DNA of 49,228 nucleotides from Candidatus Hydrogenedentota bacterium (lineage in GTDB: Bacteria; Hydrogenedentota; Hydrogenedentia; Hydrogenedentales; CAITNO01). The stretch spans positions 1-49,228 of the forward strand of contig JAGLCZ010000777.1 of the NCBI GenBank assembly GCA_023145975.1, given 5' to 3'. Below, one piece after another: positions 16,251-24,945 of this stretch (positions are counted from its first letter, which is position 1; the number at the start of each line of letters is the position of its first letter). The position numbers and the translations under genes are program-made. The notes under the pieces were generated by a model that made no database searches, was not told where the DNA came from, and saw only the letters and a list, made by a program, of their open reading frames with translations.

Positions 16251-18086
16251 TTACTCTACAGTAACACTCTTTGCAAGGTTACGGGGCTGATCCACATCAC
16301 AACCACGATTAACTGCAACATAATAAGAAAAGAGCTGGAGGGGAACAGCAACCAGAATGGGGCTGAACGGCTCGTAACATTCCGGGATATAAATAACGTC
16401 TTCACTGTGAGCGAGAATATCTGTATCACCTTCTGTAGCCACGGTAATCACCAGTCCTGCACGCGCCTTGATCTCCTGGATATTGGATACCACCTTTTCA
16501 TAGGTATCGCCCTGGATCGCCACACATATCACGGGAAGTTCATCGGTAACAAGCGCGATGGGTCCGTGTTTCATTTCGCCTGCAGCATATCCTTCCGCAT
16601 GAATGTAACTGATTTCTTTCAGTTTCAAAGCACCTTCAAGTGCACTCGGGAAATTATAGCTGCGTCCCAGATATAAAGCACTCTGCGCATCGCGATACTT
16701 CGGCGTATCTGCCAACCGCTTGATGGTATCCTGATTATCCAAAACAGTCTGAATTTTGTCCGGCATGGCACGAAGATGGGTAATCATCTCCTTCGCCTGT
16801 GCACTATCCATAAGCCCCCGCGATTTGGCAAGCCAGATGGTAAACAGTGCGAAAGCCGTAACCTGGGAGGTATATGCCTTGGTGGATGCCACGCCAATTT
16901 CAGGGCCTGCCTGCTGGTAAACAACACCATGTGACTCACGGGCAACACTTGAACCAACTGTATTCACAATGGACGCCACTTTTGCACCCAAGCTCTTGGA
17001 TACCCGAATGGCTTCAAGAGTATCTGCAGTTTCACCGCTCTGCGAAACAGGAATCATAATAGTATTTGGCGGCACAATCGGATCACGATAACGATATTCA
17101 GAAGCCAGATCGAGTTCCACAGGTACCTTGGCAAACTTCTCGATGAGATATTTACCAACCATACCCGCATGCCATGCGGTTCCGCAGGCAACAATAGTGA
17201 TTTTCTGGCAGGCTTTAAGTTCCTCAACCGTGATATTCATGTCGGGAAGACTCACATCATCCGAACCTTCTTCAACACGACCACGCAGTGTGTTTCGAAT
17301 GACATCAGGCTGCTGATTAATTTCTTTGAGCATAAAGTGGGCGTAGCCATCCTTCTCGGCCGAGGCATCATCCCAATCCACATGCTTCATTTCCAGGCTC
17401 ACAGCATTACCATCCAAATCTTCTATGCGTATGCTGCCGCGTTTGATTTCGCATATCTGACCATTATCAATGTAATATACGTCGCGAGTATATTTCATAA
17501 TCGCAGGTACATCAGAACCAATGAATGCTTCATCCTCACCCACGCCGACAATAAGCGGACTGCCATGACGAGCGGCAACCATCACATCAGGGTTATCTTT
17601 ACAGATCACGCCAACAGCATAGGCACCCTCTACATCATGCAGCGCACGCTGCACCGCTTTGAACAGATCACCCTGATAATACTTGCGTATCAGGTGGGCA
17701 ATAGTTTCCGTATCAGTCTCACTGCGGAAAGTTACCCCTTCTTTCTTAAGAGATGCGCGAAGATCCTGGTAATTTTCGATAATACCGTTATGCACCACCG
17801 CAATTTCTTTATCCATATCAAGATGGGGATGGGAGTTAAGTTCGCTTGGAACACCATGGGTCGCCCAGCGGGTATGCCCAATACCAAGATTCCCAATCAT
17901 GGGATTCTTTTCGAGGAGGGCATCCATAATCTTCAGTTTCCCCAGGCTCTTGACACAATCAAGCCCCTTTTCATTAACGACAGCGACACCCGATGAATCA
18001 TATCCACGATACTCGAGGCGATGTAGTCCGGACATAATGATTTCAACAGGATTCTTATCGCCGATATAACCTACGATTCCGCACAT
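16251..18086 (-). CDS. glmS: Glutamine--fructose-6-phosphate aminotransferase
   Basis: The N-terminus is MCGIVGYIG (Ntn Cys). SIS domains are present. The C-terminal ...LAKSVTVE is characteristic of GlmS. Confidence 0.95.
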   Translation of the reverse strand: MCGIVGYIGDKNPVEIIMSGLHRLEYRGYDSSGVAVVNEKGLDCVKSLGKLKIMDALLEKNPMIGNLGIGHTRWATHGVPSELNSHPHLDMDKEIAVVHNGIIENYQDLRASLKKEGVTFRSETDTETIAHLIRKYYQGDLFKAVQRALHDVEGAYAVGVICKDNPDVMVAARHGSPLIVGVGEDEAFIGSDVPAIMKYTRDVYYIDNGQICEIKRGSIRIEDLDGNAVSLEMKHVDWDDASAEKDGYAHFMLKEINQQPDVIRNTLRGRVEEGSDDVSLPDMNITVEELKACQKITIVACGTAWHAGMVGKYLIEKFAKVPVELDLASEYRYRDPIVPPNTIMIPVSQSGETADTLEAIRVSKSLGAKVASIVNTVGSSVARESHGVVYQQAGPEIGVASTKAYTSQVTAFALFTIWLAKSRGLMDSAQAKEMITHLRAMPDKIQTVLDNQDTIKRLADTPKYRDAQSALYLGRSYNFPSALEGALKLKEISYIHAEGYAAGEMKHGPIALVTDELPVICVAIQGDTYEKVVSNIQEIKARAGLVITVATEGDTDILAHSEDVIYIPECYEPFSPILVAVPLQLFSYYVAVNRGCDVDQPRNLAKSVTVE

Positions 18087-18119
18087 ACTAATATTCCTTT
18101 AATACGGTTATTGTTTACA

Positions 18120-18160
18120 AACAAAAATAAATCAGGGCGGGTAAGAATTCGCCCGCCCTG
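18120..18160 (-). terminator. Rho-independent terminator between fba and glmS
   Basis: A 9-bp GC-rich stem (cagggcggg at 18133-18141 pairing with cccgccctg at 18152-18160) is followed on the minus strand by atttatttttgtttg. Confidence 0.65.
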
Positions 18161-18188
18161 CATATAAAACTTCAGAAAGTCGCGAAAA

Positions 18189-19226
18189 CTATTTGTAGAA
18201 GGACTTCGCATCTTCCAAGGTGATGGCTGTGTAATCCCCTGCATGACCTGCCTGACCGAAAGCGTTCATACGCGCTACATAGACATCATACGCTGCTTCA
18301 CGGGCAGGTTTGAGATAGTCCCGAGGATCGAATTTTTCAGGGCTTTCCATGAACACCTTACGGATGGCGCCTGTAATCGCAAGACGACTGTCTGTATCTA
18401 CGTTCACTTTGCGAACACCATGCTTGATGCCGTCCTGAATCTGATCAACAGCAATGCCGAAAGTATTAGGCATACTGCCGCCATACTGATTGATAATATC
18501 TACCAACTCTTTGGGTACCGAGCTTGATCCGTGCATAACCATATGGCAATTAGGCAGACGTTTATGAATTTCATGAACGCGGTCCATGGCCAGTGTTGGA
18601 GGCAGCATTTCGCCTGTCTTCGGATCTTTTCTACCTGATTTATACGCACCGTGACTGGTACCGATAGCAACCGCTAAAGCATCCAGCCCCGTCTTCGCAA
18701 CAAAATCTTCCGTCTGCGCCGGGTCAGTGAGATGTTCATCCACTTCGTCAGCAGTCAAACCAGCACCATGACCATCTTCAATACCGCCCAGGCAACCCAA
18801 TTCACCTTCCACGGTTACACCGAGGGGATGGGCATATTCCACTACCTGACGGGTAATATCCACATTCTGTTCATAGGTATTCGGAGTCTTACCATCAGAT
18901 GCTAAGGAACCATCCATCATTACCGAGGTAAAACCAAGTGCAATAGCTTCTTTACACGATTCAAGGCTATTACCATGATCAAGGTGCATGGATACAGGAA
19001 TCTGCGGGAATTCTTCCGCTGCCGCTTCCATAAGCTTCTTGAGATAAATCATCTTGCTATATTTAAGGGCACCACGACTCGCCTGAATGATAACAGGGCT
19101 GTTGGTGTCATTGGCCGCCTGCATGATAGCCTGAATCTGTTCCATGTTGTTTACGTTGAACGCGCCAACGCCATAGCCGCCTTTTGCAGCTTCATCTAAA
19201 ATCTGTCTCATAGGTACTAACGGCAT
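18189..19226 (-). CDS. fba: Class II fructose-1,6-bisphosphate aldolase
   Basis: Motifs are MPLVPMRQILDEAAKGGYGVGAFNVNNMEQ, SMHLDHG and VMHGSSSVP. The SD aaggagag lies upstream. Confidence 0.9.
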   Translation of the reverse strand: MPLVPMRQILDEAAKGGYGVGAFNVNNMEQIQAIMQAANDTNSPVIIQASRGALKYSKMIYLKKLMEAAAEEFPQIPVSMHLDHGNSLESCKEAIALGFTSVMMDGSLASDGKTPNTYEQNVDITRQVVEYAHPLGVTVEGELGCLGGIEDGHGAGLTADEVDEHLTDPAQTEDFVAKTGLDALAVAIGTSHGAYKSGRKDPKTGEMLPPTLAMDRVHEIHKRLPNCHMVMHGSSSVPKELVDIINQYGGSMPNTFGIAVDQIQDGIKHGVRKVNVDTDSRLAITGAIRKVFMESPEKFDPRDYLKPAREAAYDVYVARMNAFGQAGHAGDYTAITLEDAKSFYK

Positions 19227-19462
19227 ACTTTTCTCTCCTTTTATCCCCGATTAATTACAGGGTTTGCGGGTTACTATTGTACAGGGGTAAATCCACACTG
19301 AAACTGAAGTCATTGGTGTTAGTAAGCTAGAACGCCTACTTCAATTCTGCCCAAGTACGTAGATGCATCTCTATCGATGCCTAACGAAAATCTTAACATC
19401 TCTTATAATACAATAAAGAGGGGGGCAAATTCAAAGATTTATTGATTTGAATAGCAAGATAA

Positions 19463-20884
19463 TCAGAATGACAACAAGCAATGCCAAACAAACATATTGC
19501 TTAGACCATCCACTTCCCCCCACACCCGCTGCATAAGTGCTTCATCCCCTGAAATGGGCTTCATACCTTTCTTATGCTGCGCCCAGGGGGTGCAAACACC
19601 GGGAGTACCATCGACTGCAAAAGATGGTGTACCTGTAACAAGTTTTCCCTCATTAATGCGAGGCGGCAGTATAGCGCTGGGTGCCGTACCGTATTGCCCG
19701 TATTCACGTGTAAACTCAGTCATGACCCGAACATTCTCCGCTTTGGAATCATTCTGCATGATGGCGGAGGCATCCATAATATAGCCCCCGTCCTTCGCCG
19801 CAATATCAAGGACTCGTTTACACGCAGCACGGACTTCATCGGGCGTACCATAGGAAAGTATCGCATTCGGAATACCGCCGCTCAGACAAAACTTATCCCC
19901 TAATACTTTATGTACTTTTTTCGGGTCGGATCGATCCAGATGAAAGACAATACTGCGGTCGGGAAGTTCACTAAAAGACTCCAGGTGAAAATCCCAACTC
20001 CCCTCTCCATAGAAGAGTGTCTGATGTCCACGTTCCCATAATGCCTCGATAATGGGTTTGAGCGTGGGCCAATAATGAGAGTCAAACTGTTTCGGTGAAA
20101 TAAAAGGTACACAACCGCGATGCATCCAAAATCCGATGGGCACATACCCGTCCGGATCAGCCCCGGACAATGCAATGCTGAACAGGTGCGGCATAAGCGC
20201 TTCACAAGCAGCCAATACCTTTTCCGGCTGGGTAATCATATCCATAGCCAAGCCTTCATAACCCCGCAGCTTATCAGCAATGATATCGAAAGGAGCTTTG
20301 AAAATACCTGCTATCGCGGATACTGTCCCTGATTCGGCACGGAGGGCGGCACCCTGTTCGGGAAAACCAGAGAAGTAATTCAGCATGGACATGGCACCGC
20401 GTACCAACGCCAGCGTATGCCGATAGGTTACCGGTTCACCTGGTGCATTAATTTCCGTGGAAACACGGGGCAGCCAGGTGTTATATAAAAAAGCAGTGGG
20501 ATCTTCAATAAGCGCATCATATTCATCCGCTTTCATAAATGCCTCTGAAACAGGCGGTTCAATATACTGAAATGCCGTATCCTGCGGCACATCCACCCCC
20601 GGAACCCCATAATACCGCAGACCCAGTGCCTGAGTAAGCCCTGTCCATACATAAACCATATTACCCACAGTAGCATCCCAGTCAAAATCCGCAGCGGCGG
20701 CACGGGTCGCTTCAAAGGCTTTGTTATAATCGTGAGTTACTTCCTGGCAAGTATACCCCTTATAGGCTGCCACAAATTCTGCGGCAAAAGGACGAATAGG
20801 AACGCAATCGGGTTTTTCATTGCGCATGGCTGTTACATATCGGTTCAGTTTCTCCAGATACTTCGTTTCCATGGCGTCATTCAT
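19463..20884 (-). CDS. Uroporphyrinogen decarboxylase (URO-D)-family protein, MtaA/CmuA-like, function unknown
   Basis: The N-terminal ...NEKPDCVPIRPF... and overall collinearity with URO-D-family proteins were recognised by eye. The protein is 473 aa, with roughly 90 extra C-terminal residues. Confidence 0.5.
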   Translation of the reverse strand: MNDAMETKYLEKLNRYVTAMRNEKPDCVPIRPFAAEFVAAYKGYTCQEVTHDYNKAFEATRAAAADFDWDATVGNMVYVWTGLTQALGLRYYGVPGVDVPQDTAFQYIEPPVSEAFMKADEYDALIEDPTAFLYNTWLPRVSTEINAPGEPVTYRHTLALVRGAMSMLNYFSGFPEQGAALRAESGTVSAIAGIFKAPFDIIADKLRGYEGLAMDMITQPEKVLAACEALMPHLFSIALSGADPDGYVPIGFWMHRGCVPFISPKQFDSHYWPTLKPIIEALWERGHQTLFYGEGSWDFHLESFSELPDRSIVFHLDRSDPKKVHKVLGDKFCLSGGIPNAILSYGTPDEVRAACKRVLDIAAKDGGYIMDASAIMQNDSKAENVRVMTEFTREYGQYGTAPSAILPPRINEGKLVTGTPSFAVDGTPGVCTPWAQHKKGMKPISGDEALMQRVWGEVDGLSNMFVWHCLLSF

Positions 20885-20980
20885 GCTTCATACTCCCGTT
20901 TGTTACGAAGTTCGGAGTCTGGACAACAATAAATACATCATGCCCAAACTCCCTCTTCTCCTTAATCTTCACCCAAAATA

Positions 20981-22090
20981 TTACGGTGAAGACGTCTGCT
21001 TCACTGCACGACGCTGGGGCGCTATCTCTCTCCTGAATCGTGCCACAGCACGGTTATGTTCTTTCAATGTTTTACTAAATGTATGGGTACGCCCATCCCC
21101 GGTGGAAACGAAATAAAGATACGCTACATCTGCAGGTGCCATAGCAGCACTCAGGCTGTTCACGCCGGGACTGCAGATTGGACCCGGCGGCAGCCCGCGA
21201 TTCATATAAGTATTATAAGGGGATGCGGTTTCCAGATCAGAATACAGCATACGTTCGCCATACTTATTCAAAACAAATTGCAAAGTCGAATCCATTTGCA
21301 AAGGAATCTTACGCTGAATGCGATTATAGATTACCTGAGCGACCAGCGGCCGTTCTTCATCTGCACGGGTTTCCCGTTCAACAATAGAGGCAACGGAAAG
21401 CAAATAGCGTTTATCCAAATGTCGCGACCCCGGATGTTTTTTGAGTAATATCGCGTATTCCTTTTCGAACTGACTCACCATCCGCTCAATCAAAACTTCC
21501 GGTTCAGGATATTCGTCAAAGAAATAGGTATTCGGCATTAAAAACCCTTCAAGGGTGTCCGCTTCAATATCAAGCCGTTCAATAATTTCAGGATTCTTTG
21601 CCGCCGCTATGAATTTTTCTCCAAATCCCAGCAGTGCTGCAATCTGAGGAATAGACAAACCCTCCGGGATAGTAACGCGCACCTGATTTGCCAAGAGATG
21701 ATGAGACGGACCCTCATACAAAAGATGTAGTAATTCCGTGGCAGAAAGACCTTTATACAATTCGTATGCACCATGCTTGATCATATGATTGCTGCGATCC
21801 GCCTGTAACGCCAGTCGAAAGAAACCTTCGTACTCAATCAGCTCGTGTTCTTCCAGCAATCGACCAATATCACGTCCCGATGCACCGCTGGGCACAACCA
21901 CTTCAACGGATGCCCCTTTATGACCGGGACGGGTCACATAGTCATATACAATAAAGGCAGTCAATCCTGCTGCCGCCACCCCCAGAAAAAGAAATGCCCA
22001 TGTCCAGATAAGACATACCGTGACAAGACGCCAAAATGTCCATTTTCGCTTCTTTACAGCACCGGTATTTTCTCCATTGCTCTTCGTCAT
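20981..22090 (-). CDS. mltG: Endolytic murein transglycosylase MltG (YceG family)
   Basis: An N-terminal TM is present (WRLVTVCLIWTWAFLFLGVAAAGL). YceG motifs are LLSVASIVERETRADEERPLVAQVIYNRI and PPGPICSPG. Confidence 0.85.
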   Translation of the reverse strand: MTKSNGENTGAVKKRKWTFWRLVTVCLIWTWAFLFLGVAAAGLTAFIVYDYVTRPGHKGASVEVVVPSGASGRDIGRLLEEHELIEYEGFFRLALQADRSNHMIKHGAYELYKGLSATELLHLLYEGPSHHLLANQVRVTIPEGLSIPQIAALLGFGEKFIAAAKNPEIIERLDIEADTLEGFLMPNTYFFDEYPEPEVLIERMVSQFEKEYAILLKKHPGSRHLDKRYLLSVASIVERETRADEERPLVAQVIYNRIQRKIPLQMDSTLQFVLNKYGERMLYSDLETASPYNTYMNRGLPPGPICSPGVNSLSAAMAPADVAYLYFVSTGDGRTHTFSKTLKEHNRAVARFRREIAPQRRAVKQTSSP

Positions 22091-22111
22091 TGTTTTGCCT
22101 GACTACAGATA

Positions 22112-22564
22112 CTACTCTTCGTATGTTGTTGTATTACGTTGTGACGCACGGCGGTCTAACCAAGTCTGCAGAATCAATGTGGCGGCAATCTGATCTACCT
22201 TCCCTTTCCGTTTCCTGCCGCGTACCTTCATATCCCGCGCTACGCGATTCGCCTCTGCCGTACTAAAACGTTCGTCCTGCGTTACAATTTCAACATCCAA
22301 CAACGCACGTAATCGCGTAATAAGCGACTCCACACGCCCTGCCTGCGGACCAGGCTGTCCATACTGGTCCAATGGCATACCGGCAACAACCCGTACCGGA
22401 CCGATCTGACGAATCTCCGCCGCCACAGCCTCTGCCATCTCCGCTTCGTTTTTCGCAGAAACTACCGTATACGGGAATGCCATCATCTGTAATGCGTCAC
22501 TGCGTGCAATACCCGTACGCACATTACCCACATCCAAGCCTATAATTATACCTTGTTCTGTCAT
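22112..22564 (-). CDS. ruvX: Holliday junction resolvase-like nuclease RuvX (YqgF)
   Basis: The product begins MTEQGIIIGLDVGNVRTGIARSD... and contains DERFSTAEA. The start is set at the ATG at 22564, because the 55-aa upstream extension in the ORF track is not RuvX-like. ruvX-mltG adjacency is widely conserved. Confidence 0.85.
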   Translation of the reverse strand: MTEQGIIIGLDVGNVRTGIARSDALQMMAFPYTVVSAKNEAEMAEAVAAEIRQIGPVRVVAGMPLDQYGQPGPQAGRVESLITRLRALLDVEIVTQDERFSTAEANRVARDMKVRGRKRKGKVDQIAATLILQTWLDRRASQRNTTTYEE

Positions 22565-22676
22565 CAGAGAATCATAGCAGATCACCCAAGGGATTTGAAA
22601 CACATAAAACGTAAGAAAAGAAAACGAATCCCCTCCCTGTGTTCCTGGAAGTAAAACGAAAATAGTGTAATTTAAT

Positions 22677-23189
22677 TTAGGTGGACGTTTCCTTGTTCGT
22701 GAATAGCTGAAAAAACACATCTTGTGCATATCGGTAGCCGACAGCTTTGAAAGGACAGGTGTTCATTCTCGAGCTAATTTGTACTAAACTAAGATTCAAA
22801 TCTTTTTTCGCAAGAAAAAAACTCATCCGTGCCACCATATTGTTCATGGAACCGAGTATGGAAGGGTTAGCTGTTTTTACAAATACCACGTTATCCGTAT
22901 AGGGCGCAAGATGGCTTTGGTAAATCGGCTGCATATTATCTGCTTCCAACTGCTGTTCCAGGGCGGGCCATAACGCTTGCTGGTAGATTCCCGCATTGGT
23001 AATTCCCTGTCCCGGCAGTAGCACCGAGTAAAGAGAAGCAGGATTAACCGTTAGAATATATTGTCTCCGATTCGCACGGAACAGATTCGCATACCAACGT
23101 AAGTGAGGATAACTGCCAGCAGCAGGAAACGCTGTCGCCAGAGGTACATGAAGTTTCTTCTGCATTTTACTTGTGATGTGAATAAGCAT
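22677..23189 (-). CDS. Hypothetical protein (possibly DUF6933-like)
   Basis: This is a 170-aa ORF beginning MLIHITSKMQKKLHVPL...WYANLFRANRRQYILTVNPASLYSVLLPG. The family assignment is from memory only. Confidence 0.5.
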   Translation of the reverse strand: MLIHITSKMQKKLHVPLATAFPAAGSYPHLRWYANLFRANRRQYILTVNPASLYSVLLPGQGITNAGIYQQALWPALEQQLEADNMQPIYQSHLAPYTDNVVFVKTANPSILGSMNNMVARMSFFLAKKDLNLSLVQISSRMNTCPFKAVGYRYAQDVFFQLFTNKETST

Positions 23190-23298
23190 TTTCTTTACTT
23201 CCCTTTTATATTTGCTTAGCCCCTCTTCTTATTCATACCTTCGTAAACCTGAAAAGAATTAGCATCAAATTAGTAAATGACTAACGAAGAATTTATGG

Positions 23299-24027
23299 TC
23301 ATGAAACATTATCCGCTTCTTTCAGCACCCCCATGATCTCTTTCACCGCATTATCAAGACCGATGAATAACGCACGGGCAATGATATCGTGTCCGATATT
23401 TACTTCTCTGAGGTTGGGTATGCGTGCTACAGGCAGCAGGTTACGAACGGTAAGTCCGTGACCGGCGTGGCAGTATAGATTCATTTTCTCCAGCTGTTCA
23501 GCACAATCCCAAAGACGCTGCAGCTCACCGTCTGCATCATCGCCAGCAGCATTGGCATAAGCACCCGTATGAAACTCAACAGCATCTGCACCAATTACAG
23601 CTGCTGCTTCAATCTGCCCGGGTTCAGGATCAATAAACATACTGACCTTGATCCCCTTCTCGTGCATACTCTGAACTACTTCTGTGAGTTTTCCCACTTG
23701 CCCCGCAACATCAAGGCCACCTTCGGTGGTAACTTCTTCACGATTTTCCGGGACAAGGCAAACAATATAAGGTTTGATATCGTGAGCAACGCGGATAACT
23801 TCCGGAACGGCCGCCATTTCCAGATTCATGTGTACCAACAACGTCTCTTTGAGAGCGTATACATCCGCATCCTGAATGTGCCGACGATCTGCACGCAGAT
23901 GCACGGTAATTTGGTGTACCCCTGCAAGTTCACATATTTTAGCCGCCGCTATAACATCCGGTACTACGCCGCGTCTTGCCTGACGTAATGTAGCCACATG
24001 ATCAATATTGACACCAAGCTCTATCAT
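23299..24027 (-). CDS. pdxJ: Pyridoxine 5'-phosphate synthase
   Basis: The N-terminus is MIELGVNIDHVATLRQARRG. The ATG at 24027 is preceded by aagga 8 nt upstream. The ORF-track TTG at 24054 adds 9 residues. Confidence 0.88.
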   Translation of the reverse strand: MIELGVNIDHVATLRQARRGVVPDVIAAAKICELAGVHQITVHLRADRRHIQDADVYALKETLLVHMNLEMAAVPEVIRVAHDIKPYIVCLVPENREEVTTEGGLDVAGQVGKLTEVVQSMHEKGIKVSMFIDPEPGQIEAAAVIGADAVEFHTGAYANAAGDDADGELQRLWDCAEQLEKMNLYCHAGHGLTVRNLLPVARIPNLREVNIGHDIIARALFIGLDNAVKEIMGVLKEADNVS

Positions 24028-24087
24028 GATTCGATCCTTTTGTTTAGGTTGCAAACCGACAATAAAAGATCACGACATATACCGTAA

Positions 24088-24933
24088 TCAATCATTCTCA
24101 TCTGTCCTGCCGTGCAGGACAGCATCACACATTCGTGTCACTTGCGCCATAGCCTTAACCTCATGTACACGCACACAGTGTACGCCTTTCCCGATTGCCA
24201 TTGCCACTGTTGCCGCTGTACCATAAACACGCTTTTCAGGAGGCATGTCCAGCACAACACCAATAGTAGACTTGTTCGATGTACCAATCAACAGAGGAAG
24301 ATCGAAGGACTTAAATTCATCTAAACGACGCAATAACTCAAGATTTTGATCCACCGTTTTTCCGAATCCAAATCCAGGATCAAGCCAAATTCGATTTTTG
24401 GGAATACCCCGTTCCAATGCATAGGCAATTTGTTCCCGAAAAAAAATGCTGATATCTGCAACAACATCTTCATACTGCGGATTATCCTGCATTGTTCCCG
24501 GGGTCCCCCGCATGTGCATGATGACACAATAGGCGCCGAACCCGGCAACCACCTCTGCCATGGCATCATCGCCGCGCAACCCAGTAATATCATTTACCAT
24601 GACCGCCCCCAGGGACAATGCCCTACGTGCAGTCTCTGCGCGCCAGGTGTCAATGGATACGGGAAGCCCCGTTGCAACAGCGGCTTCAACGACAGGAAGA
24701 ACACGGCGCAACTCCTCTTCAAGGCTCACAGGATCCGCTCCCGGACGCGAGGATTCCGCACCCACATCAATGATATGCGCTCCTGCTGCCGCCATGGCTT
24801 TCACATGGGAAACAGCCTGTTCTGGAGAAAAATAGCGCCCCCCGTCATAAAAAGAATCCGGAGTAGCATTGAGTATACCCATCACCCGGGTATAAGCAGC
24901 ATCAGGAGGCATTGTTGTCAACACGTGATTCAT
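24088..24933 (-). CDS. folP: Dihydropteroate synthase
   Basis: Motifs are VMGILNATPDSFYDGG and DVGAESSRPGA. The start is uncertain: ATG at 24933, ATG at 24912, or TTG at 24945, which abuts the ftsH stop. Confidence 0.88.
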   Translation of the reverse strand: MNHVLTTMPPDAAYTRVMGILNATPDSFYDGGRYFSPEQAVSHVKAMAAAGAHIIDVGAESSRPGADPVSLEEELRRVLPVVEAAVATGLPVSIDTWRAETARRALSLGAVMVNDITGLRGDDAMAEVVAGFGAYCVIMHMRGTPGTMQDNPQYEDVVADISIFFREQIAYALERGIPKNRIWLDPGFGFGKTVDQNLELLRRLDEFKSFDLPLLIGTSNKSTIGVVLDMPPEKRVYGTAATVAMAIGKGVHCVRVHEVKAMAQVTRMCDAVLHGRTDEND

Positions 24934-24945
24934 TATCCGGTACAA

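Noticed and set aside
17169-17996. 275-aa plus-strand ORF inside glmS
   Set aside because: It is antisense to a full-length, highly conserved glmS, and its own translation has no recognisable domain. The same reasoning applies to the 172-aa ORF at 16158..16676.
18087-18188. Possible glmS ribozyme upstream of glmS
   Set aside because: The spacer is only 102 nt and consists of a simple terminator hairpin plus an AT-rich tail. It has none of the conserved glmS ribozyme core and is too short for the ribozyme.
22565-22729. 55-aa N-terminal extension of ruvX in the ORF track, and similar extensions for recN (4983-5051), gcvPB (43480-43560), gcvT (46303-46341) and aroK (10486-10545)
   Set aside because: The extensions have no homology to the respective families. 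Internal ATG/GTG codons with SD-like sequences give N-termini matching the family consensus.
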